From NCBI GenBank assembly GCA_002633005.1, contig NMRA01000386.1:262032-326031 (forward strand): a stretch of DNA of 64,000 nt. The letters are read 5' to 3'. Source of the stretch: Phoronis australis (lineage: Eukaryota > Animalia > Phoronida). Position 1 is the stretch's first letter, and every line of letters begins with the position of its first letter. A model generated the notes under the pieces. That model made no database searches. It was not told the DNA's origin and saw only the letters and a program-made list of their open reading frames with translations. Position numbers and translations under genes: made by a program. This document shows, one piece after another, positions 53,220-64,000 of the stretch.

Positions 53220-54182
53220 TCATGGATGCTCACTGGGTTCTTCTCTCAACACAAATCCTTTTCTGGGAGGGACACCACTAAGGAGTGCCACACGCCAATC
53301 ACGGCACTGACAGAATGTGAGCAAAATCTCAAAGACTTGATTGACAGTCAATATTGGCGAGTGAGAAGAGCCAGCTGTCCTTGACATGTATTCATCTATT
53401 GGAAGCCTGGCAGTTCTGAGATCACAGTCTGCTGCCTTAGTTTGTGTTATACGCTTTTTAACACTCTCATCAACCAAACCTCCAATGACATAAACGCACG
53501 ATTCATCCACAATTTCTAAAACGTTCTCAGAATCGGGCGATAAGTAAACAATCTCATCATTTGCGAACACATCTAGACATGACTTTTTTGTCATTTCAAT
53601 CAAATAATTTTCAAATCCTTCATTTTTACGCACACATTCGCGATACAGACCACTTTCTTCATCCAGGCCAGTGAAGTAAACGTGGCAAGGTTTATCTGCC
53701 TTCCGATTAGCTCCATACAAACGACACAACTGCTGAGCTAGTTTGGAGATTTCTTTACCAGACATGTGTTGTTGTAGTGAGAGATCGACACACACTCTTT
53801 GACCAGTATGCAAAGCCTCAGAACATTTCTGCCTAGTCATAGCCTTCAACTGCTTTTTTGATACAAGAGTGGATGGTGAAACATCAGAATCCTGTTGACT
53901 TTCATTTCTACGCTGCTCGGCCTTTCGTGTCCTGGCAGCGATTTTCTTATCTTTTCGCTCCGACTTGCGTTTAGCTAACAGATGTTCGTGTCTCAGAATC
54001 TTTTTTTCCGATCTCTTCAGTTTTGTTCGTTTTCCACCCAAAGCTACGTCATCATCGGTGTTGGCAGAACTGGCTAGTGTGATGTCTGGACAACTTTGTT
54101 CACACGGTGTGACACAGGGAAACCTGGAATCGTCATCACCTTGGAAATTGTGATCACATGACTCATTCTCAAAAACTGACAT
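53220..54182 (-). CDS. TRMT10B: tRNA m1R9 methyltransferase 10 homolog B (SPOUT fold), single coding exon, 320 aa
   Basis: MSGKEISKLAQQLCRLYGANRKADKP, LYRECVRKNEGF, VYLSPDSE, VYVIGGLVDESVKK, TARLPIDEYM, ILTVNQVFEIL match TRMT10B specifically. ATG 54182 has an in-frame upstream stop. A 5'UTR intron acceptor lies at 54230/54231. Confidence 0.93.
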   Translation of the reverse strand: MSVFENESCDHNFQGDDDSRFPCVTPCEQSCPDITLASSANTDDDVALGGKRTKLKRSEKKILRHEHLLAKRKSERKDKKIAARTRKAEQRRNESQQDSDVSPSTLVSKKQLKAMTRQKCSEALHTGQRVCVDLSLQQHMSGKEISKLAQQLCRLYGANRKADKPCHVYFTGLDEESGLYRECVRKNEGFENYLIEMTKKSCLDVFANDEIVYLSPDSENVLEIVDESCVYVIGGLVDESVKKRITQTKAADCDLRTARLPIDEYMSRTAGSSHSPILTVNQVFEILLTFCQCRDWRVALLSGVPPRKGFVLREEPSEHP

Positions 54183-55099
54183 TTCTGTCAACCAGCACAC
54201 TTTGACTTCTCCCTCACAACCTGGTCAAATCTGAAATACAAAATATTATGTAAATTTTACATTACGTCGAAATACAACAATTACAGCACTGACCAATACG
54301 AAACAAACATAAGTTAACATTACAATAGTTTTCAAAACAGACAGACTTCAACAAAGGTCTGTCAAACTTGGGTAAACATGTTGCCGGAATTATTTGGCTG
54401 AGGTGTGTAGTCACATATTTGTTGCAACAAGAAAGCGTTTTTGTCAAATTTTTATTGGATTTAATGTGTGACTACTGTGCCTAGCCTCTAATTCTTTATT
54501 CATACTTTATTCATTCTAATCAAATATCGATATTTAGTAGCGGTTTTGTGCGGCCAAACTTCATTGAATTGTTCGATGTTGTCCAGTTTATTTTGAGAAC
54601 TACAGTAGATACTTTGGAATGTTCAACAAAGGAATCAAACACTGCAGGCATCATACAACACTCTTTTCCACACGCCTGGTCCCACCTCTTCAACAACTAG
54701 TCAGATGTGACTGGTCCAACCGTTAGAGAACCAGTTACTTCCAATGAATGGCTGTAACCACCAAACAGCTCTGACTCTAACAAGTTTGAGGTTCAGGGTT
54801 GATTTACTGTCAGGACTGAACACGAAGAGAAGTACTGGCCTAGTTACAAGCAAAATACTATTTTTGCATGGATGTGACAAACAGAACTACACAGTTAATA
54901 TGTACAAAAGACAGAACTAAGTGCAGAAAATGAATGAACCACCGGAGCTTATATCAATATTTTTAGCACATGCCTAACACATACTATACATATACATGTA
55001 GCTACGTTTGATACACAGGGAGTGTAACAACTGGTTTCCAGGGTAGAGTTCAGTAACGTTAAGACCTTGCTATAATCCAACCAAAATCACGTGTTCTCA

Positions 55100-55300
55100 C
55101 ACCATCAATATCTCACGTCAACTCGCGACGTCTTGCTTTTTAGCGAGGTCCTAGCGTTACTGAAATCAGGCCAGGTAATTATAATCTACCGGAAGTCTTG
55201 TGAGGATGTCAGTTTCACCACTTTCTGATTGGCTGCTGGTCCTTCAACTGAGGTCAATCATTAAAAATGAAATTTGACCCGGACAGCAGCCAATCACAGG
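55100..55300 (-). promoter_or_regulatory. Probable housekeeping-type promoter and non-coding first exon of TRMT10B
   Basis: ETS CCGGAAGT (55189), CCAAT boxes (about 55225 and 55288), local CpG enrichment, and a minus-strand donor GAC|GTGAGA at 55117/55116. Confidence 0.4.
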
Positions 55301-56144
55301 GTAACTGTTGATTGACAAGAGCACCATATAGCGGTGAGATTGACAACCTCCTGAAGTAGATCATGCAACTGAACAAAGGAGTGTTCGGAAAAAAGTTTGA
55401 TTGCAGGTCTGGAGAATTTGTTCGAGTTGGAAGACATCCATGGTCTCCCAAGGTGTCCCTCTATGCGCAAATAGCAACATGACTTCGATGGTTTAATCAG
55501 TGTGACGGACAGTTTGCTGAAAAGCTTACCACGTACGGAGGGCCTGGATGAGATTGTGGAACTGTCTAGGACAAGCGCATGACTGAACAAAGCGAGTGAC
55601 CTGGCGTGTGACACTTGCAAAAAGGAGCAAATGAACATATCTGATGGAATTTAAAAGATTCGAGTCCCTTGAACTTTTTGTTCATCAACAGGCGTGATTG
55701 CGCGTAACTTCCTCAAAATGGCACCAAGTGAGGGAAGCTCATTGCGAACCATGGCAGATTTTCATGGAATCCCATATTTTCAAATTATGTAAACTAAATT
55801 GTCTCCAGAGTCATGGTATGTGTGATTTATAACTAAATGTGTATATGAATGCATGTTTCATTCGATGTTATTTGCTGTATTTTGAGATGGGGGTATAATA
55901 TCACTTGAAAAACGGAAACGGCCCAGGGCACGTAGCAAAGAACTGACTACTCAGCACTGTACTTCTGCACTCCCATGACCTTCGTCTGATCCTAATTCAC
56001 CCAGAGGGCGACCACAATGAGAATTCTCCAGTACACAGGCAGAGGAATGGGATTTTGCATTCTTCGGATGAAGACCGATGGCTTCTTTCAGGTCTAAGAA
56101 GGGAACGTTCCTGTTACTTCCTTCACAAACAATTACCCCAAGAG

Positions 56145-56440
56145 CCACTTTATAAGCCAGTTGGCAACATTTCGGTATCGTGAGTCCATGGAAAATGTCA
56201 GCAAGCTGTTTAATGTGACTGATATGATTTAAGCCAAATCATGTTCAATCTGTGGTGGGAATGCAGCTTGTGCTAAACCACAAGTTCTGAACCCTGTTAC
56301 AGCATCTGGATTACTCTGTCGTTTAGCAATGAAACGCGTCAGTGTCCTTCGGTTTATCTGGAAGTCCTTGGCAATACTCCACACCGATCCACCCTTTTGG
56401 CCTTTTCAACTTCAGCAGCAGCTCTGCGCTTGAGTTGCCC
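56145..56440 (-). pseudogene. Decayed pogo/Tigger-type transposase N-terminus (psq- and CENP-B-type HTH)
   Basis: Minus-strand translation GGSVWSIAKDFQINRRTLTRFIAK...AFPPQIEHDLA*...HIKQLADIFHGLTIPKCCQLAYKVA, with a stop and frame disruption. Confidence 0.65.
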
Positions 56441-57274
56441 ATGAGGGCCAACAAATAAATCCTAACAACGACGAGATAAGGAGTATTGTATTAATAGCCA
56501 AGATTACCCATGAAGGGGTTTACTTGAGTAGGAGCCGTATTCTTTAACAAGTTTGGGGGGCACCGGTCGGACTAGCGGATAGCGGTCCCCTGAACCAGGC
56601 AAATGGTCCCCTTATTCAGATGATGAAACTGGTTCTCAAAATCAGGGACCGCTATATTCGACTAGTGTCGGCCTTGAGTGGAGGTTGAGAACAAGGTTTT
56701 AAGGAATTCGTTACCTCTGCTAGACGTGCTTACACAAGATCTTCCACTGAGGTAAAATTCGAAATTCTGCGACTAGCGGCAGCCATATTTTACTACAGCA
56801 GCGACACCCTTTGAACACCATGGCGACTCCTTTGGTTACGGTGTACATGTACGTGAACTTGGAATTTTGATAAAGCAAACTGCCAAACCCGGTACGTGAA
56901 CTCGGAATTAAGCGGCTGCCTGTGGCACACAATCACAGAACAAGGCGCTTGGGCTGAATCGTTACTGAACCGGTAGGCTACGGCGAGAAAAGATTTATAA
57001 AAAATCGAGATAAAGCTCCCGTGGCCTGTTCATGAATACTGGTCACCAGTACACGGTGTACCGAGGGACTGGAATAAAAAAAATCATTTAAGGACTGTAT
57101 TTATTACATGTTCCCTCGATCAGGCGCACCGGGCATTCAAGGTCATAGCCCTACGGCTACCGTACGGTGGCCATTTGAGTCGTATTATTTCTGTGTTGCT
57201 GCCTATTCCAATATAAAAATAAAGCTTGATGTTTGAAATTAGTGCCTGGTTGATGTTTGATCAAGAGGAGTGAA

Positions 57275-58440
57275 TTAAGCATTCACCAACCGGTTGCAAT
57301 AAATTTTATCAGCATTTTCTATTAATTTCGGAAGACTTCTGGCCGATTTTTTTCTACCCCGTTCAAGCAAGATACGCCCTTGTAAGTTACTGAACTTGGA
57401 ATAATTCAATTTCTGCTTTACAAAAGATCACATGGTAAAATAAACATTCGGTAACTGGTTGCAAGGCATTTTAAATGCATTTTCTATTAATTTTGAAGCA
57501 CTTCTGAGCACATTAGAAGCTTTTTCTACCCAACTCCAAGTTAATTTAAGCAAGGGCGTGGCTCGTTTAAAACTTGGAATATTTCAATTTCTGCTTCATA
57601 GAAACTCACGTGGTGAACCAAACATTCTCTGACTGGTTGCATTATATTTTAAATGCTTTTTTCTATGGCCTTTAGAATACTTCTGAGCGCATCCGCAGTT
57701 TTTTAACTCCGTAAATTCCAAGTTTAAGCAAGATACACCCTTCTTTGCTTCTAACTTGGAGTAATTCAATTTCTGTTTTACAAAAAATCACATGGTGAAC
57801 CAAACATTCGGTAACTGGTTGCAAGACATTTTAAATACTTTTTTCTATTACCTTTAGAGCACTTCTGAGCGCATTCGCAGTTTTTCCTACCTAATTCCAA
57901 GTTTAAGCAAGCCAAACTGGTTGCTTAAACTTAGAATAATTCAATTTCTTCCATAAAAAAATTCGCGATGTGAACCAAGACTTCTCTTAATGATTGCATT
58001 CTCTATTACTTTTGAAACACCCATGAATGCATTCGCAGTTGTTTTCTACCCAATTCCAAGTTTAAGCAAGATACACCCTTCTTTGCTTCTAACTTGGAAT
58101 AATTCAATTTCTGTTTTACAAAAAATCACATGGTGAACCAAACATTCGGTAACTGGTTGCAAGACATTTTAAACGCATTTTCTATTAATTTTGGAACACT
58201 TCTGCTTGCATTTGCAGTTTTTTCTACCCAATTCCAAGTTTAAGCAAGGGCGTGGCTCGCTTAAACTTGAAAAAATTCAGTTTCTGCTTTACAGAAAATC
58301 ACGTGGTTAACCAAACATTCTTTCAGTAGTTGCAATAGTAAATGCATTTTCTATTACTTTTGAAACACCCCTGAATGCATTTCATATTTTTTGTACCCAA
58401 TTCCAAGTTTAAGCAAGCCACACCCTTGCTTAGTAAACTT
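57275..58440. repeat. Satellite-like tandem array, ~163-182-bp unit, about 6.5 copies
   Basis: Anchor aattcaatttctg recurs at about 57403, 57581, 57763, 57938, 58101 and 58274. Confidence 0.9.
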
Positions 58441-58667
58441 TGAACGAGCCCCCCATTTGGCGAAGTGGGCAAAAAGGTTCGCCTGTGAGAAACAAAAAGT
58501 CCGAGAAAATGAGACAAAGTCCACCAGACGCACAATTCACAGTGGTGCGCCGTTTTAGTGTGTTTTTTTCTTTTTTTTTTCTTTTAGTCCGCCGGCTATT
58601 TTGTTACCAAACAGGTCCACAACGTTAGGGATTCGAGCCCCCATAGTGAAGGCTGGCTGCGCACATG
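58440..58667 (-). mobile_element. Truncated inverted copy of the 898-1158 MITE family
   Basis: Reverse complement begins CATGTGCGCAGCCAGCC...GGGGCTCGAAT and shares gcccacttcgccaaatgggggg and ggactt.gtctc.ttttct with the first copy. Confidence 0.8.
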
Positions 58668-59120
58668 AAAAAAAATATATTCTTTTACTCAAGGTCAGAG
58701 CTAGTGCCGGGTTTTTTGAAATAGACAGCACTGGGCGTCCCAAATTCAGAATTGCGATCAACGGCAAACGGTCATTCACTGATTTCGATGTAACATACAA
58801 CGGAGACTCGTGACTATTTTCGATTTTATTAAATGCCAAGTGTGCCGGTCTTCAGACTCTTCATACAAAACGCTATGTCCAATATTGGAGAAAAATAATG
58901 GACAACAAAATCGCCCATGTCTCCAGAGAGTAAAAAAATCAAATTTCTCTTTGAATTACAAACACAAACTGGAAAACTTTTACCCATAATAAAACCAATT
59001 AACTTATTCTGTTTGGAAGATATTGAATTAAATTGTTGATCTCGGATATAGCTCTGAGTGATGTTGCTTTCGTAGTTGTGATAAGCCAGGAGCAGCAATA
59101 TGGTATTCACAGGATCAAAG

Positions 59121-59272
59121 CAGGGGCGGATTCAGGATTTTAAGTTGGGGAGGGGACAGGGCAGAGTATTAGCCAGGATTTTGCCCGTCAAACCCGAAGT
59201 GCCAAATGGAATATGGGGGAATTTTGGTGGGGCACGGCCCCCGTGGCCTCGATCCCTTTAAATCCATTACTG
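59121..59272. mobile_element. Short MITE with CAGGGGCGGATTCAG ... AAATCCATTACTG ends
   Basis: Imperfect TIRs and an internal ggggcacggccccc motif. Confidence 0.55.
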
Positions 59273-61050
59273 CGAAGTTAAATTGTCATTTCAATCTCCA
59301 GCCTTTACTTGGAATTAAGATATCAACTATTCTAAACATAACACCCGTCTAAGCATAGTTCATGGTCAAAGCTGGTGGTCCATGATTTTACTTGGCATTA
59401 TCCACTGAAAATGGTTCTTTACTATTTTATTAATGACACATCCGATAGATACGGCACAAGTTGTTAGGTTTCTTGCACAAGCACGCTCACACTTACTCAT
59501 GGGACCTCACATTTACACACTTAAAGGTTAATCAGCAAATAAAACATCCATGAGAGTCCTTCTATTGTTAAGATTAGAATATTTGCAATTTTTGCAGAAT
59601 ATGTATTTTTCTGTTTTGTAACACTCAAAAACTTCTGTTTTCAAATATTCGACCCAAGGCTTAACACTTCATTAACCCTGGCGATACAAATATTTAGCAA
59701 GAGTTACTACTAAATTCAGTACATGTGAGACTGAAAACTTGCCGAAGATAACATGCGGACATGAGAAAGTTACAAATAAGTTCACTTTCTTATTTAAACA
59801 TTGAAACAACGAAGACCAAAAAGGACACGATAATAATTCACATGTCCGGTACACAGGGATGATACATGTATCCCCCCTTCTCCTCTTCTGAAAATGTCTT
59901 TATAGTAGGTAATGAAATGGTAAAGTTGAATTTTGATTGGTTTGTTGAGAACCAATGAAATAGCTAGTAATGCAGTCACTAATACGTCCTTACAGAGCAG
60001 TGCCGCACATAGTGAAAAATGATGGTGGATTAGGAAAGCCCGGACTTAGAAATGATCAAATAAAAGCCAGAAACTAAACATTTTTATTACTTAATCAATA
60101 ACAGCATAAACAAGAAACTCAAGTATCAAAAGTATACTCTTAAAAACAAAAAAAGCTTTTCATATCCATCCTTTAAAAAAACATAGGTTTGCAGATTACA
60201 GTTCACAGAAAGTAGTACTGAAAACAGTTCAATGATTGAGAATTACTTCACTGAACAATAGTTTATAAAAGAGTTCTCATTAAAAAGCAACACCATTTTG
60301 GAGCAAAAATTCTTGACTCGGCTTACAACAATTTGCAACCAATTATTACTCGATTCCCTTCAATATTTCCTCCATAACTTCGATAATGCAAAACGAATTT
60401 CAGCTAATTACGCTGTCAATGTTTTTCAGAACTCTTCTAATAATCTATATACCATTAAATGAAACAATGCAGTAGGAACAAAATTTTTTCACAAAGGCAT
60501 ATTTTTTCCAAACAAAGTAGCTCGCTTTCTCTCCAACTGTTCAATCGTGCAAATCATACACCAGAGTGTCATTAATTTCTTTCACAGCATTTCTAGGCCA
60601 GGCATCATAAAACATTTGCTACACAAACTTTTTATTCATAAATGAAATGTTCCAATGAATAACTGTCACCACAAATTCCAATACAATTACAAGATAAACT
60701 CTCCCTGTAGCAAAATCTTAATTACAGAATAGCATTTCTACCTTGGCAACTTTCTGGTGAATTACCCATCATTCCCTGTCATGACTGAGGAATTCTGCGT
60801 CATTTTAAGCAATCACTTTTGTCATGTTCATCGTGATGTAATGTACTTTTTACACAGGTCAACTCGGTGCACTATAAATAACTTTATAAATACAGTTGGT
60901 AAAAGATTAGATTACAGTAAAACTCATGCACAAGTTGATCTCGGACACAGATCCGAGGTACATTCGTGTACTTGGGCCTTCACCTGAATAAAATTTGGTC
61001 AAGCTAGATTTGACTCGTGCGACTTTTGCTGCATTATGAAAAGTCCTTGT

Positions 61051-63337
61051 TCAATGCAGGTAGTACTTAGTGCACTTGACCAGCTTGGACCGACCGAGAC
61101 AGGCCTTCAGCCAGCCTAAGCTGACAACTTCTACATCACCATGGTAACTTAGTTCCTGTAGTCCCTGTAGGAAAACAGAGAATCAGAATTATTGAATTGA
61201 TACGAGACATAAACAAAAAAGGTCATAGAGAAACTAAGAAAAAATATCTATTGAATTCAGCACTATCCAAATTAAGAAATCCACTCGACTTAATCATTTC
61301 GTCTTGACATTGTAGATACATGTTGTGGATAGCCAGCAACATTTCCAAAAGCATGCAGAGTCCATCCCATCCACCAATAGAATCTTCTTCTCTTTCACTT
61401 ACTGACATTTTGAGAAAATGCTGAAACACAACCTGTCAACAAATTCCCTTCAGATTTCATCTTCTATGTCTACAAATGGTTGGGTGATGATGGACATCCT
61501 GACCCTTGCTTGTGAAAAACTAACCTGCGAACTGTCAGTAATAACATGCGTTGTGTCATCCTCCACACACGTGTGGACATCCCCGTTGTAGGCAATCACG
61601 TAACGTGTCCACTTCTGCGAGTCGTTGACTTTGTGGAAATAAATACGAACTCCGTCGAAGAAACTCGGCAGATTCCCTTTAGTTGTTGACATTGCACTGT
61701 AGGTCACATCACTGTTGCTTGTTGACGGTTCGTTGTCTTGGCTTGCATCATCGTCATGGTGACGTTTCATGCCAATATCACCATCGTCATCAGACAGACT
61801 GGCCTTTCTTTTAACCTGTTTCCTTCTTGGATAATAGTATCTAATAAACAGGTCAAGGTTCAAACCAAAGTTATAAAGGTTGTGCACAAAACTGTGTTAT
61901 TGTGATGTTGTGATGCACTTACAGTAACATTCTCAAAGCATAACCATGAATGTCAAGTTAGGTGTTTACACAGTGCTTGCTGGTATAGTTGATCCGTGTC
62001 AAATGTTTTGATTCCTTTTGGTTTCCAAGCAGTGCATAGTTAATTCAATAATTATGTTCACTCTTTGCCCAATATCAGCTGTCAGGTCAGAGTGCACACA
62101 ATTCGGAACTCTCTAAACACTGGAGAACATTTAGCAGTACCATTCTTTAAAGGCTACTTATTGATGATATGAAACTGGTCTCAATTTATTTGATATTCAC
62201 ATTACAAGTGTAGTGCGAAAAGTATGTTGCTGCTGGAAAGTCTATCCTCGACACAAAATTCAGCTGCACTCATTATGAAGAAATGAACTTAGTAAAACAA
62301 TTAGTAATTGACCTTCCTTCGATCATGTAAAAAGCACAACTTACCATAAAAATAATATAAACTTCAAGCAAAATGTTAATGGTTGCCTACCTATCTCAGT
62401 CAGGACAAAATCAAAAACATTCAATGTTTAACATTCAACTTTGTGTCAAGTAGAGAAGGATACATGGATGTTGCAATTCCTCGACTAGCCAAATATTTTC
62501 TGATGAGCCTCTCAGTAGCGTACCAGTTGAACCCGGGCGTGTTGAAGCCAATACGAGGCAAGTGAACACTTGCTGCAAAACAAATGAGGCAGGGTCAAGC
62601 AGAGTTGATAGTGAAAGTAAGACTGTCAAGAAAAAAAGATATCATCATCAGAAACCACACCATTCTTACAAAAGTGATGTTTTCAATTTCTCATGACTTC
62701 AATGAATTTTGTCCAGGATGTATAGTTTTTGTTTCCCACGAAGTATTATTCTCCCTCAAAATGTAGAGAACTAGCAATTTCTGTGATGACTAATTTGAAT
62801 GCATTGAATTTGTGATACGACTCATAAAATGACAATTTTCATTGTTAATGTTATGCAATTTGCCAAGAGTTTAACACTTTCTTCATTGTCTATGAGTTTT
62901 CCGTGCACGGATGTTTTTATCACTCTTTAAAAGGAGTTTTCTAAGTGCATGAACAACAAGTAAGAATAGAAGTCCACACGATTGTCACACAAACACAGGA
63001 GAGAAAACAATAATCAACATTATACTCGCAAAGATTAAAAAACATGAAAAGTGAAACTTTCTCGATGAAAAATAAGAACTAAGCTCAGATAGAGCATGCC
63101 GGCAAATTTTTAAAATTTAATAATTTGAAAATAGGAAGATTGAAACAACGATCAACAAGGGCAGCCAAAGGCGTGCATTTACATTAATACTTCTGCAATA
63201 TATCACGCATGACATCAAGTACCTTTCTTCCTTCTGGCCACTTTAGATATCTTTTGCAGGCCTGTACTCAAGGAGGACAGTTTGATTCCAGTTATCTCCC
63301 CTCGCCTATCTCTATGTTGGCAGACGACTAGCGCTAC
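61051..63337 (-). CDS. CHD1L: CHD1L/ALC1 chromatin remodeler, last four exons (end of macro domain plus C-terminal BRCT domain); gene continues beyond the window
   Basis: Exons 63337-63223 ([38 protein letters not shown]), 62572-62464 ([36 protein letters not shown], the ALC1 macro-domain signature), 61840-61525 (YYYPR...[12 protein letters not shown]...[10 protein letters not shown]...THVITD), 61164-61051 ([11 protein letters not shown]...YYLH*). Phases are consistent. Confidence 0.93.
61841..62463 (-). other. U12-type (minor spliceosome) GT-AG intron in CHD1L
   Basis: 5' splice site GTATCCTT (62463-62456). Branch-like ACCTTGAC with its A about 13 nt from the 3' AG, and no long pyrimidine tract. 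Confidence 0.85.
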
Positions 63338-64000
63338 CTGAATAGACAGTAGAGGATCTATATTGCAAAAACTGCACCGAGAGCCATCTAAAGAATGTTC
63401 AGTGTCAATACATGCAAACACAGGAGATCTACAAATCTATTAGCTGAACCAACAGGACCATCACAGATTACACAATTGCAATAGAACTCTCCTTTGAACC
63501 GGAGGTAAGAAAGCACGTTATTTTTCCTGCCTCATTTTGAAATGTACAGCACATTTTAACAGGTCATGTAGGAAACTGCCAAAGCATATGGAAATATTCC
63601 AGATTCAAACAGTCCAAAAGTACCACAATAGAAAAGGTATCTTCAAGAAAGGGTGTTTTGTTTGATTTAAAATAAATCTGACGAACTTTATCTGCTCGCT
63701 CCGCATTTTCTTGTCTTCGGGAAAGCAAAGAACTTATTAACATTATGTAAGTATATCTGACTTTGTCCTGTAGTGTTTGCAGCCCACAGCACAAGAGTAC
63801 TAATTTGTTGGTATTGGAAGTACGAATACAGTGAAGCAGTTGAGAAAACTTTTATTTTGTCTTGTAAAGTATAAGACACCAACAAATAACAAGTGGAATC
63901 CAAATGACGCGATACGTGTTTGACAAATATTGCGGCATCGTAGGTACATTTAGATTCGAGTGTTGATGAGTGTGTAATTTGGGACAGCCTTATTCTGTGG

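Noticed and set aside
57275-58440. CRISPR-like array
   Set aside because: Eukaryotic context, and whole units repeat with no unique spacers.
61136-61149. X-box-like palindrome
   Set aside because: Lies within a CHD1L coding exon and is explained by its codons.
61450-61887. XRCC1 or LIG3 gene call from the BRCT ORF
   Set aside because: Upstream in-phase exons encode the CHD1L macro domain.

Overview
Eukaryotic, intron-rich, AT-rich animal DNA, most likely from a marine invertebrate (inference). Four genes can be reconstructed by hand from splice signals and reading phase. (1) PIGK/GPI8, GPI-anchor transamidase catalytic subunit (minus strand): 9 exons seen, first exon missing, and the protein ends without the vertebrate C-terminal TM helix. 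(2) A large AK5-like adenylate kinase gene (plus strand, about 14.7-50.7 kb). It has an N-terminal dimerization/docking (D/D) domain and FOUR tandem AK domains in an A-A-B-B arrangement, plus a 1611-nt frame-preserving orphan cassette exon and a candidate myristoylated alternative first exon. (3) TRMT10B, with an intronless CDS (minus strand). (4) The 3' end of CHD1L/ALC1 (minus strand), which has a U12-type intron and an extra C-terminal BRCT domain. Introns and intergenic DNA hold many MITEs and foldback elements, a pogo-like transposase relic, a ~175-bp satellite, and a short LTR containing a tRNA-type Pol III promoter. Three single Ns (6422, 14226, 46296) probably mark gaps. The one at 46296 lies between two copies of a ~1.07-kb segment, likely two haplotypes. 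All gene models are manual and unverified by RNA data.
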